A DNA stretch of 55,282 nt from Paraspadella gotoi (GCA_051294375.1 CM119265.1:25618610-25673891); one strand, 5' to 3'. Counted from the stretch's first letter, positions 13,326 through 26,106 are shown. Numbers and translations: made by a program. Notes: generated by a model from the sequence alone, not told the origin.

Positions 13326-14098
13326 GTTTCTCGAATCTCTCGCTTTTAATTGCGGGGAAAATCCTGAATCGTCATCGTAGGGAGGAACGGAGAAGACACA
13401 GGCCCGGGGGGGGGAAAGGATTTTTCGATATATTATGAAAAGTTGTTTTAAATGACTCGTGGAAACAGAATGATTGAAAATTAATGAGAAGGTAGAAAAA
13501 CCTAGAACGAACAATAAACAATATTTTTAAAAACATTTCTTTCAAAAGAAGTAAACAATCAGTTACTTTTATAATACTAAGATTAGTTTAATCAAAGCAT
13601 TCAGGCTCCAAACCTGAATCTTCCTCGAAGTTTCAATGCGATTGTTAACCATGTTGTGTTGTTGTTGTTGTTAATGTCTTTTGTTGTTGATGCTGTTGTT
13701 ATCCGTCATTTGATTTGTGTAACAAAAAATTTTCGGTTGATTTCTGTTATTTTCTCAGAACCTTTTTTTTTGATACATGACCACCGAGGTCGCGGTTCTC
13801 TCTCATCTCTCTCGTCCTCTCTCTTCTCTCTCTCTCTCTCATCTCTCTTCGCCGACTCAAGCCAATTTTCCTCTTCTTTTTTCCCCCGAATAAATGTCAA
13901 GGTGACAATTCGTCATTCCCCCCCCCCACCCCCTTTTTCCAGATTCCCCCCCCCTTGACCCCTTACATTTCCCCCCTTCAATTGCCGCCCCCCCCAGGGT
14001 CCCGTAAACTCGGTGCCCCGGACCCGGGAATACGAAAATGGCGGCGCTCCAGGTTTTAACGAACTCCGGACAANNNNNNNNNNNNNNNNNNNNNNNNN

Positions 14099-15557
14099 TA
14101 AGGGAAGTAAGAAATGAAGGTAGAATAACTTAGAACTCAGACGTTTACTAAACTCAATTAGCCTATTAGGTCATGATAAAAAAAGAATCCCAAAATAAGT
14201 TGAAAATGACGTATTACTAATACTATTTGCCTCGAAATGACAACTCAAAAACGACTTCATGACTCAAGAGATAAATTCCTCAGTTTTATCGGGAAATGCG
14301 AGGAATTCAGCGATAAAGGACAAAGGACGAAAGACAAAGGTTGAATCATAGATTAATTGACCGAATTTCCTCTGACCGGACGATGAGTAAACTTTACGCG
14401 AGATGTTGAGAGGGCAAACATGTTCATCGGTCAGAAGTTCATAGGGCAAACCCGTCCATCGGACAGATGCTGAGAGGGCAAACCCGTCCTTTGGACAGAA
14501 GCAAACGTGTCTGACAAATGAAGTTGATGAATGAACCTTTTTTTTTTCTTTTGACCGAAAAAAAAAAAGAGGGAAAATGGATGTTCCGTTGCCGGCCGAA
14601 CTTCGTCGGTCACGCCACGAAACGTGTTTGGGTCACGCCTCGATTGACGTGGCGCCACGATTGACTTGGCGCCACGACTGACTTGGCGCCACGGTGGCGA
14701 GACGGACGTTTTTGACGCCGCCGAGGAAAAAAAACAAGTTGTTGTCGTTAAAGTTGTCGTCGTCGTCGTTCGTACTACTACATCCCGACTTTTTTCCTAC
14801 CTACACTATTTTTACGATCGAATTACGAAACTTTGTATTCCAACGCGATTTATATCTGCTCTGTTTAACCTCTGCTGCCCCTAGCGGCGATAATTAATAC
14901 GAAATATAAAAGGAGACGAGAATAAAATAATTCTTACATTGTCTTTCTATTCGGCATTCTTTTTTTTTTTTTTTGTAATTTTAAATACCTTTTTTTTTCC
15001 CGTTTAGTGGGTTTTAATTTTCTAGTGACAACTGATGATAACTGTCATCGCTTTTGAATTAAAAGGATGGACTCTGTTTTGTTTTGTTTTGTTTTTTTTT
15101 TTTGCTTTTTTAATTTTTTTCTTTTCAGTTTTCGTAGTATTTTTTTTTTATCTCATTTCATTTTAAACTCTTTGCTAAAACTCTTCATCTTTCAACGAAT
15201 GAAAATAAAACGAAATCTTTCGTCGTTATTTTTTTTCTTTTTAAAAAGAAAAAAAGNNNNNNNNNNNNNNNNNNNNNNNNNNNNNNNNNNNNNNNNNNNN
15301 NNNNNNNNNNNNNNNNNNNNNNNNNNNNNNNNNNNNNNNNNNNNNNNNNNNNNNNNNNNNNNNNNNNNNNNNNNNNNNNNNNNNNNNNNNNNNNNNNNNN
15401 NNNNNNNNNNNNNNNNNNNNNNNNNNNNNNNNNNNNNNNNNNNNNNNNNNNNNNNNNNNNNNNNNNNNNNNNNNNNNNNNNNNNNNNNNNNNNNNNNNNN
15501 NNNNNNNNNNNNNNNNNNNNNNNNNNNNNNNNNNNNNNNNNNNNNNNNNNNNNNNNN

Positions 15558-15588
<31 letters not shown>

Positions 15589-15908
15589 AAATAGAAATAA
15601 ATTGTTTTCTGAGTAAACTATCAAACTTTCTCCGTTCAACTCTTTCGATCCAAAGGCGACAAAGTCTTTTGTTTTTTCCGTCGATTTGTTGTTGTTGTTG
15701 TCATTCGTGTCGTGACGCGTCGCTTTGCCACTCAATATCCTTTTTTTATCTTTTAATTCTTATGTTTAACTTTCTTTTTTTTATTTTCCTCTCTCTTTTC
15801 TTTTTCTTTTTTCTGTTAATATTTTTTCTCTCTCTCTCAGTTTGAGTCGAAAAGTTAAATTTATTTTTCCCTTAATTAAATCCTCGTTGTTCCATCGACG
15901 CCTTTTTG
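14099..15908 (+). repeat. Segment A, copy 2 (direct duplicate of 7114-8954)
   Basis: Starts immediately after the 25-N gap 14074-14098; its internal gap 15257-15557 corresponds to the TC/GA-rich stretch at about 8265-8600. Confidence 0.95.
14408..14502. repeat. 32-bp tandem repeat AGGGCAAACCCGTCCATCGGACAGATGCTGAG x3 (also at about 7425-7520)
   Basis: AGGGCAAAC at 14411, 14443 and 14475. Confidence 0.8.
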
Positions 15909-16097
15909 NNNNNNNNNNNNNNNNNNNNNNNNNNNNNNNNNNNNNNNNNNNNNNNNNNNNNNNNNNNNNNNNNNNNNNNNNNNNNNNNNNNNNNNNNNNN
16001 NNNNNNNNNNNNNNNNNNNNNNNNNNNNNNNNNNNNNNNNNNNNNNNNNNNNNNNNNNNNNNNNNNNNNNNNNNNNNNNNNNNNNNNNNNNNNNNNN

Positions 16098-16130
16098 CGA
16101 ACGAACGAACGAACGAACGAACGAACGAAC
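16098..16130. repeat. (CGAA)n microsatellite
   Basis: Directly visible next to a gap. Confidence 0.95.
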
Positions 16131-16934
16131 CTATTAACCAATTAACAACTTACTAACCTTCATACGCATATAAATTATCGCTAAAATACATCAAACTCGG
16201 CGAGTCTCGTAAATTACGAAATATATTAGCGATTGCTTATCTCGTAAACTGTGAAATCTCCGCTCATTAAAAGCGAGCTCGTTATATCCAGACTCGTTAA
16301 ACCGAGCTATCTTATCTCGCCACAAAACGCGTCGTATATTCAGTCGAGCGGAAAAAAAAAACCTTGCGACGTCACTTATCTTAGTCTTTACGTTTCGTTA
16401 GTCTCTTGTTTGTTTACTTTATGTTTTATGTTTACTCTCAAAAATTTACACGCTTATTGTCTCGCAAGTTTGTTTTTGTTTTTTTGTTTTTTTTTGGTTA
16501 ATGGTTTTGAAGAACTTTTTTTTCTTTGTACACAACGTAAAGTTTCTTATTTCTTTTACAAATTTATTTTATTTTTGTCAACAATTCTACACGTTCATTA
16601 TTATACTTCGTACGTTCATTTTCTGTCTATATATTAAGTTGGCGTTGTACGCACAATTTGTAAGAGCGACTCGGCAATTTTTCGTCGTCGTCGTCGTCGT
16701 AATTCGTAATTTTTTTCGTCGATTCAGAAGTTAAAAGTCATGAAAATAGTAAGAGTATAACTGTGCGAAATATTTAAAAGTCGAGACGCACGCACGATGA
16801 GACGGATGTGAGAGAGACGAGCTCAGAGCACACGCAGAGCCGAGAACTCCCTGGCACCTAGATACTCCTGAAACGTGTGGAGAGAGCCGCAGACCAGAGA
16901 GCCCTTTCCTGTGAGAGAAGAGAGGACAGAGCAC

Positions 16935-19900
16935 GGGGAGAGCGAGACCGCGACCTTCCCGTTGCGTCATGTGTATCAAGAAAACGATGTGGCTCGAGCA
17001 AAATAAACGAGCAATCAACGAAAATTGNNNNNNNNNNNNNNNNNNNNNNNNNNNNNNNNNNNNNNNNNNNNNNNNNNNNNNNNNNNNNNNNNNNNNNNNN
17101 NNNNNNNNNNNNNNNNNNNNNNNNNNNNNNNNNNNNNNNNNNNNNNNNNNNNNNNNNNNNNNNNNNNNNNNNNNNNNNNNNNNNNNNNNNNNNNNNNNNN
17201 NNNNNNNNNNNNNNNNNNNNNNNNNNNNNNNNNNNNNNNNNNNNNNNNNNNNNNNNNNNNNNNNNNNNNNNNNNNNNNNNNNNNNNNNNNNNNNNNNNNN
17301 NNNNNNNNNNNNNNNNNNNNNNNNNNNNNNNNNNNNNNNNNNNNNNNNNNNNNNNNNNNNNNNNNNNNNNNNNNNNNNNNNNNNNNNNNNNNNNNNNNNN
17401 NNNNNNNNNNNNNNNNNNNNNNNNNNNNNNNNNNNNNNNNNNNNNNNNNNNNNNNNNNNNNNNNNNAAAATTTTTGTTACACAAATCAAATGACGATAAC
17501 AACAGCATCAACAACAAAGACATTAACAACAACAACAACCACAACATGGTTAACAATCGCATGATAACTTTCGAGGAAGAATCAAGGTTTGGAGCCTGAA
17601 TGCTTGAATTAAACTAATCTTAGTATTATAAAGTAACTGATTGTTTACTTCTTTGAAAGAAATGTTTTTAAAATATTGTTTATTGTTCGTTCTAGTTTTC
17701 TTAACCCTCTCATATAATTTCAATCATTTCTGTTCCACGAGTCATTAAAACAACTTTTCAAATATATCGAAAAATCCTTCCCCCCCCCCGGCCTGTGTCT
17801 CCCGTTCCTCCCTACGTGACGATTCAGGATTTTCCCCGCATTAAAAACGAGAGATTTCGAGAAACGAGACTCTCAGACTCTCAGACTCTCAGACTCTCAA
17901 TTCGCTCTCTGTTTTTCTTATTTTTTCAAATCTTCTTCTTCTACTTTTTTTTTTGTTTTTCTTTTCTCAAAATTCCAGTTTTTTGAATTTGTTTTCATTT
18001 CGTTGTTCTTTTGTTTGACTTCGTGACGAAGGAAGCGACATCTCTCGGCGATGAAGTTGACTTTGAAAAAAGTGGATTGGGGCTAAAATTCCACAAAAAA
18101 TCTCGTTTTCGCCAACGAAAACAGATTAAAAAAAGGGAACGAAATTTCGCGAACCGATAATTAATTGGCGATTAGTTTAAAAAGTCAAAATTCTCACGAT
18201 TTTGTTGAGCCAAAAATGAAATACGAATTTAAAACCGTAAATGGGATCCGCAAACCGAAAATATCACTATTAGTATTAAACGAGTTTCCACTGGCGTAGA
18301 TTTTGACTTTAATTGATCAATTCTTTCAAGTAGCATTACGATTATGACTCGTTATGATATAAATGAAGATTATGATGGCATTGTATTAATATAACTGTCG
18401 TCAATCTACTTTTAACTTATTTACAAAACTCTTTAAAGATTTTTTTAAGATTCTTTACTTTCTATGATCTTACAAAAAGTTCTAAGAACTCTAACTAAAT
18501 ACTTTACACTTAATGAGTTTTTAACATCGACGACACCTCACCCTACTGTCCTTACCCATTCATCCCAATTCTCTCCTTCCAATGCCGCTGCCGCTCGTCT
18601 CTCCAACGCCCTCTCATCAGTTCCAACCTCTCGAGGTTTTGGCTCAATGAACTGATCCGACTTCGTCTCAGTTCCAACGGCCCCCTTTCGGTGGCAATAA
18701 AAACAAAGAAAAAGGTTTAGAAACTAATTCCCAGAGAGATGATGCACGGCACGAGACGAGGTGAGAGAGACCGAGACGAGAGAGAGAGAGAGAGAGAGAG
18801 GATTAGATGATGAGAGATGAGATCGAGCAAGACGAGGAGAGGAGTAAAGGTAGAGCAGATAAGTGAGAGAGATAGAGAGAGACGCAGAGGAGGAGCAGTG
18901 AGAGAGAGAGAGAGATTGTCCTTTTTAGTTGTTCAGAAATGTTTTAAAATACCAATTTTTGAGATAGAGACAGAGATAGAGACGGAGCGAATCCCTACCT
19001 CGTAGGCTGACATCTCCAGGTGGATTGAAGCAGCTGGACTGAAAAAGAAAATCTAAGATCCTCACGTCTTTACTTACTTTAAATCTTAACCCGAAGCCTT
19101 ACCCTCAACGGGCGAGGTTAATAAAATGTGTCAGGAACCGGATGTCTTTTGGTTTTTTGCTTTATTTTGCTTGCTTCGTTATTGCTTAATTTATCTCGCT
19201 ATTGCTTTCTCGTAATTTCAACTTTTCACCATTTTTTTTTCAACGTGTTATTTTTTTTAACCCGACTCTAGTTAACTAATTAACTTTCAAATTAAATCTC
19301 GGGGAAAAGTTTTAAGTTTTAACCGTTTATTACCTAATCTAATTTGCGGTTTAGAAAGAAAAGAAAAAAAAAGGAGCGACTCTAACTCGAAAGATTTAAA
19401 GTTAAAAGTGAAAACTAGAAGCAGCAGTGATTAAAGTCGGTGATTAAAAAAAACAAGGAAGCTTTCTTGGTTCGGGGGAATTGAAATGAGGAGCGGCAGA
19501 GATGAGAGGAGAGGACGCAGAGTCGCTACGTAGACCCTGAAGAGCGATAGCACGAGAGAGTGAGAGCAGGAGAGAGATGGCATACAGAGAGAGACGAGAG
19601 ATGACCGAGACGGAGGAGCAGACGACGAGAGACGTTTTGCACAGAAGTTGCTCAGCGGTAAAAGATAATTTAGCGAAACGGCGAGACCAAATACTACGAC
19701 GTTCTTTCGCGTCAAGAAATAAAAAACAAAAAGAGAAAAAGAAGTACAAAATTTCGATCGGGGTCTGGAATTTTTTAAAGTTTGGGTGCCGTTAACATAG
19801 ATTCGTCTTGTGCAGGTCAAGAATGGATGCGTGGACCGGAAGGGAGGGAGAGTGGAGCCATGAGAGGGAGGGAGGGGGAAAGGAGAGAACGGGGATAGGC

Positions 19901-20712
19901 AAGTTGGACAGTAGGAGAGCGAGCAGATAAAGTCGGAGCGGGCGGGGAAGTAAGCTAAAGAATGGAAAAGAGGTCTCTCAGGGAGACGAGAGAGGAAGAG
20001 AGCCTGCGCGACTATATATGATATATATCCTCCCAGCGACTATATATATCATGCAATATGGAGATAGTGTACTGAAAAAGAAAGAAGAGAGACCGATAAT
20101 GAAAAAAGGGATAAAAAGAGAAGTGAGGAAGTGAGAAATAAGTAAATAGAAATGACACAAAAACAGCGGCAGTCAGAAACGGAGAGAATATGAAAGGTGT
20201 TGACCTGTTCACTTTCAAGTTTCTCCGATTCATCGGAAGAGGCGCTAAAGTCAACCGACTAGATCGTTTAATACAATATAAATAGTATTTCAAATTCCTC
20301 GTTAAAATTCACTGCACGAACCTGACTCACCAAACGAAGACAAAGAACGTCGGATTTTTATAAAAAAAAAAAGTTCGAGTTTCGAATTCAGACCCCAAAC
20401 CTTTTCTCTTTGTCTCGCTGGTCACCGCTGATCACTGCTGGTCACCGCTGGTCTCTTCACCGTCCTCTGCGGCCTTTTCTCGGTCAGACTTGAGATCTTT
20501 GAGATTTCAGGTCGTCGTCGTCGTCGTCGTCGTTCCTCCTCCTCCTCCTCCTCCTTCACTTCATTCTTCTTCATTTTCGCTCCTCAACTTTTGACCTTTC
20601 GACATTTCCCCTTCTTTAGGTCCCGCGTTCGAATCTCGTTCTCGACCCATGAAATTCCGTTTCCATCACAATGGAAGACTCGCCCGCCTTCCTTATCTCG
20701 GTTCCACCCGAT
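16935..20712 (-). repeat. Inverted copy of about 10605-13805
   Basis: 17467 AAAATTTTTGTTACACAAATC is the reverse complement of 13713-13733; 20690-20712 is the reverse complement of about 10605-10632; 16935-17027 is a noisy reverse complement of 13730-13805. Confidence 0.93.
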
Positions 20713-20748
20713 GAACGCCGCCCNNNNNNNNNNNNNNNNNNNNNNNNN

Positions 20749-22710
20749 CAACCAGGAGGATAGAGCAGGATCTGTACGGGAACCGCATGCGTACTGAGTC
20801 TGCTGTGTTTTTGCGCGCAGCGCGACAGTGATCAAATCTCTGTCGGACGCAGTACGAGAGACGAGAGAGTCGCACGTAGGAAGAGAGCCAGAGATCGACG
20901 TACGAAGACGAGATGAGATCATCTCGTACCGCATGAAGCCTCACTCGCTCGCCACCACATCCACCCGGCCCCTCGAACGCCAATATACAACAGAAGAACA
21001 AACAAATTGAAGAATACACTTCCATCGACCGCCCACGAGTGACTAGATGCAAGTATGGTTAGACCATGAAGCCACATAGGGGAGGGAGAAGATGACACAC
21101 GAGGGAGGCGGAGAGCGCAAGTGGAATGCACATGCAATGAGGGCTTTATGCCACGGCGAGGCTATAAGAGCGAGGACAAAGAGGGATAATCATCGGATAA
21201 GAAGACTGTGATAGAGTGTGAGATTAGCGGTAGAGTAGGAGCAGAGTGGCACGATGGATTGAGAGAGAGTAAGTATGGTCCGTTGGAGGAAAGATCGAGC
21301 GTGGAGCGAGAGAGCGAATAGAGTATGGTAGGAGAATAGGAGAATATGAGAGTTGAGTAGGAATCTGTATGTAGGCGAGCGCACGCGAAAAGTAGGGATT
21401 GGATGCAGTACATGTTAAGTTGAGTCGTTTGTGAGAGGGTAAGGTGTACTTGAGATTCATATAAGGGATTTCGGCTCTCGAACAGAATTTGCGAGGAAAG
21501 GAAAAGGTTCATCGGTGTGTTGACACGAGGAGAGACCGAAGAGTGGTTAAGAAAGCACTGGATATATAGGTTTATAGATCCAGCGGAGGAAATGATGGGA
21601 GATGTGTATGGATAGAAAATTGAAATAGTTAAAGAAAGGAGAGAGTAGAGAGTCAGAGAGAGCAGAAGAGAGAGAGAGTAGATTGAGGAGCATGAGGCAG
21701 TAGAGAGACGTAGAGAAGAGTAGAGAGCGAAGTAGAGAGTAAGGGAGGAATAAGAGTTTTATCGGCCCAAGGATTAGTATCAGTCATGCCCGCGGAAGAG
21801 ATATCTTGTTTCAGCTTTTGAACAGAAAATAAGAAAGATAAGAGAGATGCAGAAGTAGAGAGAGACGAGATGAGAGAGAGGAGAGAGGAGCAGGAGAGAG
21901 ACGAGCAGAGAGATAGCTTAGTACGAGTACGCAGTACGCAGAAGAGTCAGCCCGTCGGCGTCACACACGACAACAATTCTTATCTAAAACCAAGAAAAAA
22001 GGTTCGGAACAATATGGCGCACAGACGAGCGGATCTGCAGGAAGGATCTCGACGAACCAGCGGACGACGACGCACGACGGCAATCGATTCTCACCCCACT
22101 CTCCGCTGTATTGACTGATCAATTTTAGCGCCGGCTCGTCACAAGTTTAGAATGAAATCAAAGTTGAAGGGGAAATATTACATCCGATGAATAGAGAAGG
22201 CGGAAATAATAAAAGATGGGTTCTTTGGTGAACTAAGAGTTGGAAGGATTGGGCCGAGGTGGAATCAGGAGTCGACGCGAGGGGGTAAATCACGTGTTGG
22301 CTAGGGCGGGGTGGACGGGGGTGGCGGGGCCTCTACCTCGTTCTGGCTCGATAGCGAAGGCCCCGTGATATTTTCCGTTCATCCACCCTACTAAGCTCTT
22401 TATTAGTGTGTAGTTCGTTCTGGCTCGATAGCGCGGCCCGTCGACATTTTCCATCATCCACGTCTACTAAGCTCTTATAGTGTAGTCGTTCTGGCTCGGA
22501 TACGCGAGGCCCGTGATATTTTCCGTCATCCACCCTACTAAGCTCTTATAAGTCGCGGGGTGCGCGGGGTTGGTGAGGGATCGGCCGACACGAGGGTAGT
22601 CGAAGCGTGAGGCAAAGCGGACGAAGCTCCTCTGAAGAATCGAAGGTCGAGGAGTGAATGTGAGAGGGAGAGAGCGGAGGGTAAGTGCGAAGGGTAAGGT
22701 TTAAAATCGC
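20749..22710 (+). repeat. Very noisy direct copy of about 9430-10611 (single raw long-read quality)
   Basis: Anchors such as CTCTCGAACAGAATTTGCG vs CTCTCGAAGACAAATTTGCG, AACAATATGGCG and GGGTAAGTGCGAAGGGTAAGGTTTAAAATCG are colinear; insertion-rich; begins at a 25-N gap. Confidence 0.85.
22338..22552. repeat. ~69-bp tandem repeat x3, inserted relative to 10450-10475
   Basis: TCGTTCTGGCTCG starts at 22338, 22415 and 22486; each unit contains CTACTAAGCTCTT. Confidence 0.9.
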
Positions 22711-23590
22711 AAATTCTGTCGAGAGCCGAATCCCTTTTATTCAATCAACCTTCCATTACAAACCGTTAATGTCTCTCCCCTCCCTCTTTTCCTCGCGCCT
22801 CTCGTTCCTCCCTCTCTTTCCTTTCCTCCACTCTCTTTCCTTTCCTCCACTATCTTTCCTCCGTTTACTCTTCTTCCTCCTCTTCCTCCTCCGCTTTCAC
22901 TTTCACGTTTTCCTTTCACGTCCTTCTGCCTGCCTAAGCCGGNNNNNNNNNNNNNNNNNNNNNNNNNNNNNNNNNNNNNNNNNNNNNNNNNNNNNNNNNN
23001 NNNNNNNNNNNNNNNNNNNNNNNNNNNNNNNNNNNNNNNNNNNNNNNNNNNNNNNNNNNNNNNNNNNNNNNNNNNNNNNNNNNNNNNNNNNNNNNNNNNN
23101 NNNNNNNNNNNNNNNNNNNNNNNNNNNNNNNNNNNNNNNNNNNNNNNNNNNNNNNNNNNNNNNNNNNNNNNNNNNNNNNNNNNNNNNNNNNNNNNNNNNN
23201 NNNNNNNNNNNNNNNNNNNNNNNNNNNNNNNNNNNNNNNNNNNGGGGGGGATTCTCAGAGTGAGGTGGTTTGTTTTATTTCTTTGTTTGTTTTGTTTGTT
23301 TATTTTTGTTTGTTTTTTTTGTTCCTCTGCTTTTATACCGGATCCGTCTCATTCTCTTTTTTTTTTTCTTTACGTTTTTTCCCAGGATTTAATTTTAAGC
23401 CGATTGATAAAGAGATGTTTTAAGACAGACATGAGACATGTCAGTTAACTAACGTCGGTTCACTTCAAACGCGAACGTCTATTTAAATATATTAAACTCG
23501 GTGACTGAATAATCGTTTAATGAATCGGAAAAAAAATTCGTATTAACTAATGAACAAAAGGAGATTGAACTCTCTCTCTCTCTCTCTCTC
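22711..23590 (-). repeat. Inverted copy of about 9050-9880 (third rendering of part of this region)
   Basis: CCCTTTTATTCAATCAACCTTCCATTACAAACCG is the reverse complement of about 9823-9857; GGGGGGATTCTCAGAGTGAG is the reverse complement of about 9391-9410. Confidence 0.92.
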
Positions 23591-23747
23591 NNNNNNNNNN
23601 NNNNNNNNNNNNNNNNNNNNNNNNNNNNNNNNNNNNNNNNNNNNNNNNNNNNNNNNNNNNNNNNNNNNNNNNNNNNNNNNNNNNNNNNNNNNNNNNNNNN
23701 NNNNNNNNNNNNNNNNNNNNNNNNNNNNNNNNNNNNNNNNNNNNNNN

Positions 23748-24335
23748 GTTTTCAAATTCGTCTCATTTAATTTTCTCTTTTTTTCTTCTTTCAATTCAGA
23801 TTCCGTCATGTCTATTCGTCATTTCCGTTTTCTCTCTCGATGTATTCCTCCGCGGGTTCGACGTTCGCGCTACTTTCCATCCAATGTATTCCTACGCGAG
23901 AGGAAGAAACCGAAAATATAAAAAAAAAGCTCGGATAGAAAGTAGATCCCGATTTACCCGAGGAATAATAAACACTGGGAGAATAATAAAAACATAACCA
24001 AAAAGAAAAAAACAAAATTTAAAAAGAAAAAAAGAATAGAATATGTTTTCAAAATTCGTTTCAATTTAATTTTCTTCTTTTTTTCTTCTTTCAAATTCAG
24101 ATTCCGTCATGTCTATCGTCATTTTCCGTTTTCCTCTCGATGTATTCCTCCGCGGTTTCGACGTTCGCGCTACTTTCCATTCAATGTATCCTACGCGAGA
24201 GGAAGAAACCGAAATATAAAAAAAAAGCTCGGACTAGAAAGTAGATCCCATTTACCGAGGAATAATAAACACTGGGAGAATAATAAAACATAACCAAAAA
24301 GAAAAAAACAAAATTTTAAAAAGAAAAAAAGATAG
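23748..24335 (+). repeat. Tandem duplication of a ~297-bp unit (23748-24044 and 24045-24335)
   Basis: GTTTTCAAATTCG...AAAAGAAAAAAAAGAATAGAA occurs twice back to back, differing mainly by 1-bp indels. Confidence 0.93.
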
Positions 24336-24999
24336 AAAAATGAAAAGAAAGAAAGAAGGGAAAACTCGGAAGGATCAGTTTATTTGTATTGAGCGAGCAT
24401 GGAGGCAAAGGGGGTGGGGGTGAATTAGTGAAATAGGAGGTGAAGAATAGGGGGTGGGGCTTGGGTGGAGGGTGGGGNNNNNNNNNNNNNNNNNNNNNNN
24501 NNGGACCACGACGCCCGGGGGAAATTTTAAAGACCACATGTTGCAGAGAGAGAAAACGTGATTACTCTTGGCCTCAAGGAGACATAAGGAGAATTGGGAT
24601 GTTTCGCTTTGAACGATGAGCGATTAAAAATCCCGTCTTGAAATAATAATTCAAAATGATAAAGATTAAAGATTTTAAAAATAATTTGAAAGCGTTTCCT
24701 CGTGAATCAAAATGGTTTAGAGATTATCAATTAGTGTTTAGATATTAAAATTTAAGAGATTAGAATCGGCGGTTGTTCAAAGTCAATTCAAAACCGTCAA
24801 AAAAAGTAAAAATGTAATAAGTTTGATTTATTAATTAAATGTTGTTTTTTTTTTTATCTTTCTCTTTTATCTTTTTCCCGCTTTGCTTCGTCTTCGTCAC
24901 ATGCAGGTAAGACCAATGACTATTTCGTCAAATGTAGAATAGTTTCAAATATTGTTTGATTCCTTTAATCATTCAATCAATCAGTCACCCATTGAACCA

Positions 25000-25115
25000 T
25001 TCAGCCAATCAACTCTCCAACCAATCACAGTCTCCGTTTTCGCGTCCCACTTTATATTCTCCGTGAGATTGTTTATTTATTTTGGCGGCCATTTTGCCTC
25101 TGGAAGCGGAACTTC
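25000..25115. promoter_or_regulatory. Promoter-like motif cluster
   Basis: CCAAT boxes at 25005 and 25021, YY1-like GGCGGCCATTTTG at 25084-25096, ETS-like GGAAGCGGAA at 25102-25111. Confidence 0.3.
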
Positions 25116-25659
25116 GCGATCTTTGATCCTGAAGATCTAGAAGAAAAAAAGAATTTCGAAGATGTNNNNNNNNNNNNNNNNNNNNNNNNNNNNNNNNNNN
25201 NNNNNNNNNNNNNNNNNNNNNNNNNNNNNNNNNNNNNNNNNNNNNNNNNNNNNNNNNNNNNNNNNNNNNNNNNNNNNNNNNNNNNNNNNNNNNNNNNNNN
25301 NNNNNNNNNNNNNNNNNNNNNCTTTGGTTTAAATGTTTTAAAGTTATATCTCTCTGGGGGAGGGCTGCTTTATGTTTTTTTAAAGGATCAATAATTTTTT
25401 TTATTATAATCTTTTCTTCTTTTTGTAATTCGTAGTTCAGTTTTTATTTGTTTTCTTTTGTTTTCTTCAATTATTCTTCCTTTTCCTTTTTTCTTTCCCA
25501 TCAAAAACCTAGAGCCATTAAGAAAAAAGCGAGAAATGTCGATTAACTTTTTTTATAAACAACGGTTAAACCCAAAATAAAAACATTCAGGCACAGACGT
25601 ATGCAAAATTTCAAATATTTCATTATTATGAAACAATGGAACTATGAAACAATCATCAG

Positions 25660-25712
25660 TCTAGGGTGTTAACTTGTCCAGGGTGCTAACTTGTCCAGAG
25701 TGTTAACTTGTC
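25660..25712. repeat. 17-bp tandem repeat CCAGGGTGTTAACTTGT x3 (x4 at 45632-45700)
   Basis: Directly visible in both copies. Confidence 0.9.
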
Positions 25713-25989
25713 TACTTTTCAAACGCCTCCAATGAACTCTGCAATGAAATCGATTTCTACCGTGAGTTTCCTCCAGATTTTCTCTCTATTTTCTGCCCCC
25801 AGTTTTTTGACCGAGTTTTTTTTTTTTTTTTTGGCCCAAAAAATCTTTGGGGGCAAAAAAGTTGGCAGCTGCTTCTCATCCGATTCGTTCGTCGTCATTG
25901 ACGGCGTAGTCGGTATCGTCGTCGTCGTCATCATCGTCATCGTTGGCGGCGGCGTCCATTTCCCCGCGGGAAAAAAACCTTTCGGAGAT

Positions 25990-26106
25990 CAACTCCTCAT
26001 CTCTAACCTCAACTCCTCATCTCTAACCTCCTCATCTCTAACCTCCTCATCTCTAACCTCATCTCTAAGCTCTAACCTCCTCATCTCTAACCTCATCTCT
26101 AACCTC
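25990..26106. repeat. 12/15-bp repeat (CTC)CTCATCTCTAAC
   Basis: About 8 CTCTAAC-containing units; noisy copy at about 45990-46125. Confidence 0.85.

Noticed and set aside
14031-14073. AAAATGGCGGCG start or YY1 motif (MAALQVLTNSGQ)
   Set aside because: It lies in a homopolymer-rich, apparently low-quality read end beside a 25-N gap and has no match in the inverted copy
20749-21900. ORFs and seemingly unique sequence here, also at 16790-16930, 19990-20070 and 6460-6730
   Set aside because: Best explained as high-error raw-read sequence; anchors map most of it to cleaner copies
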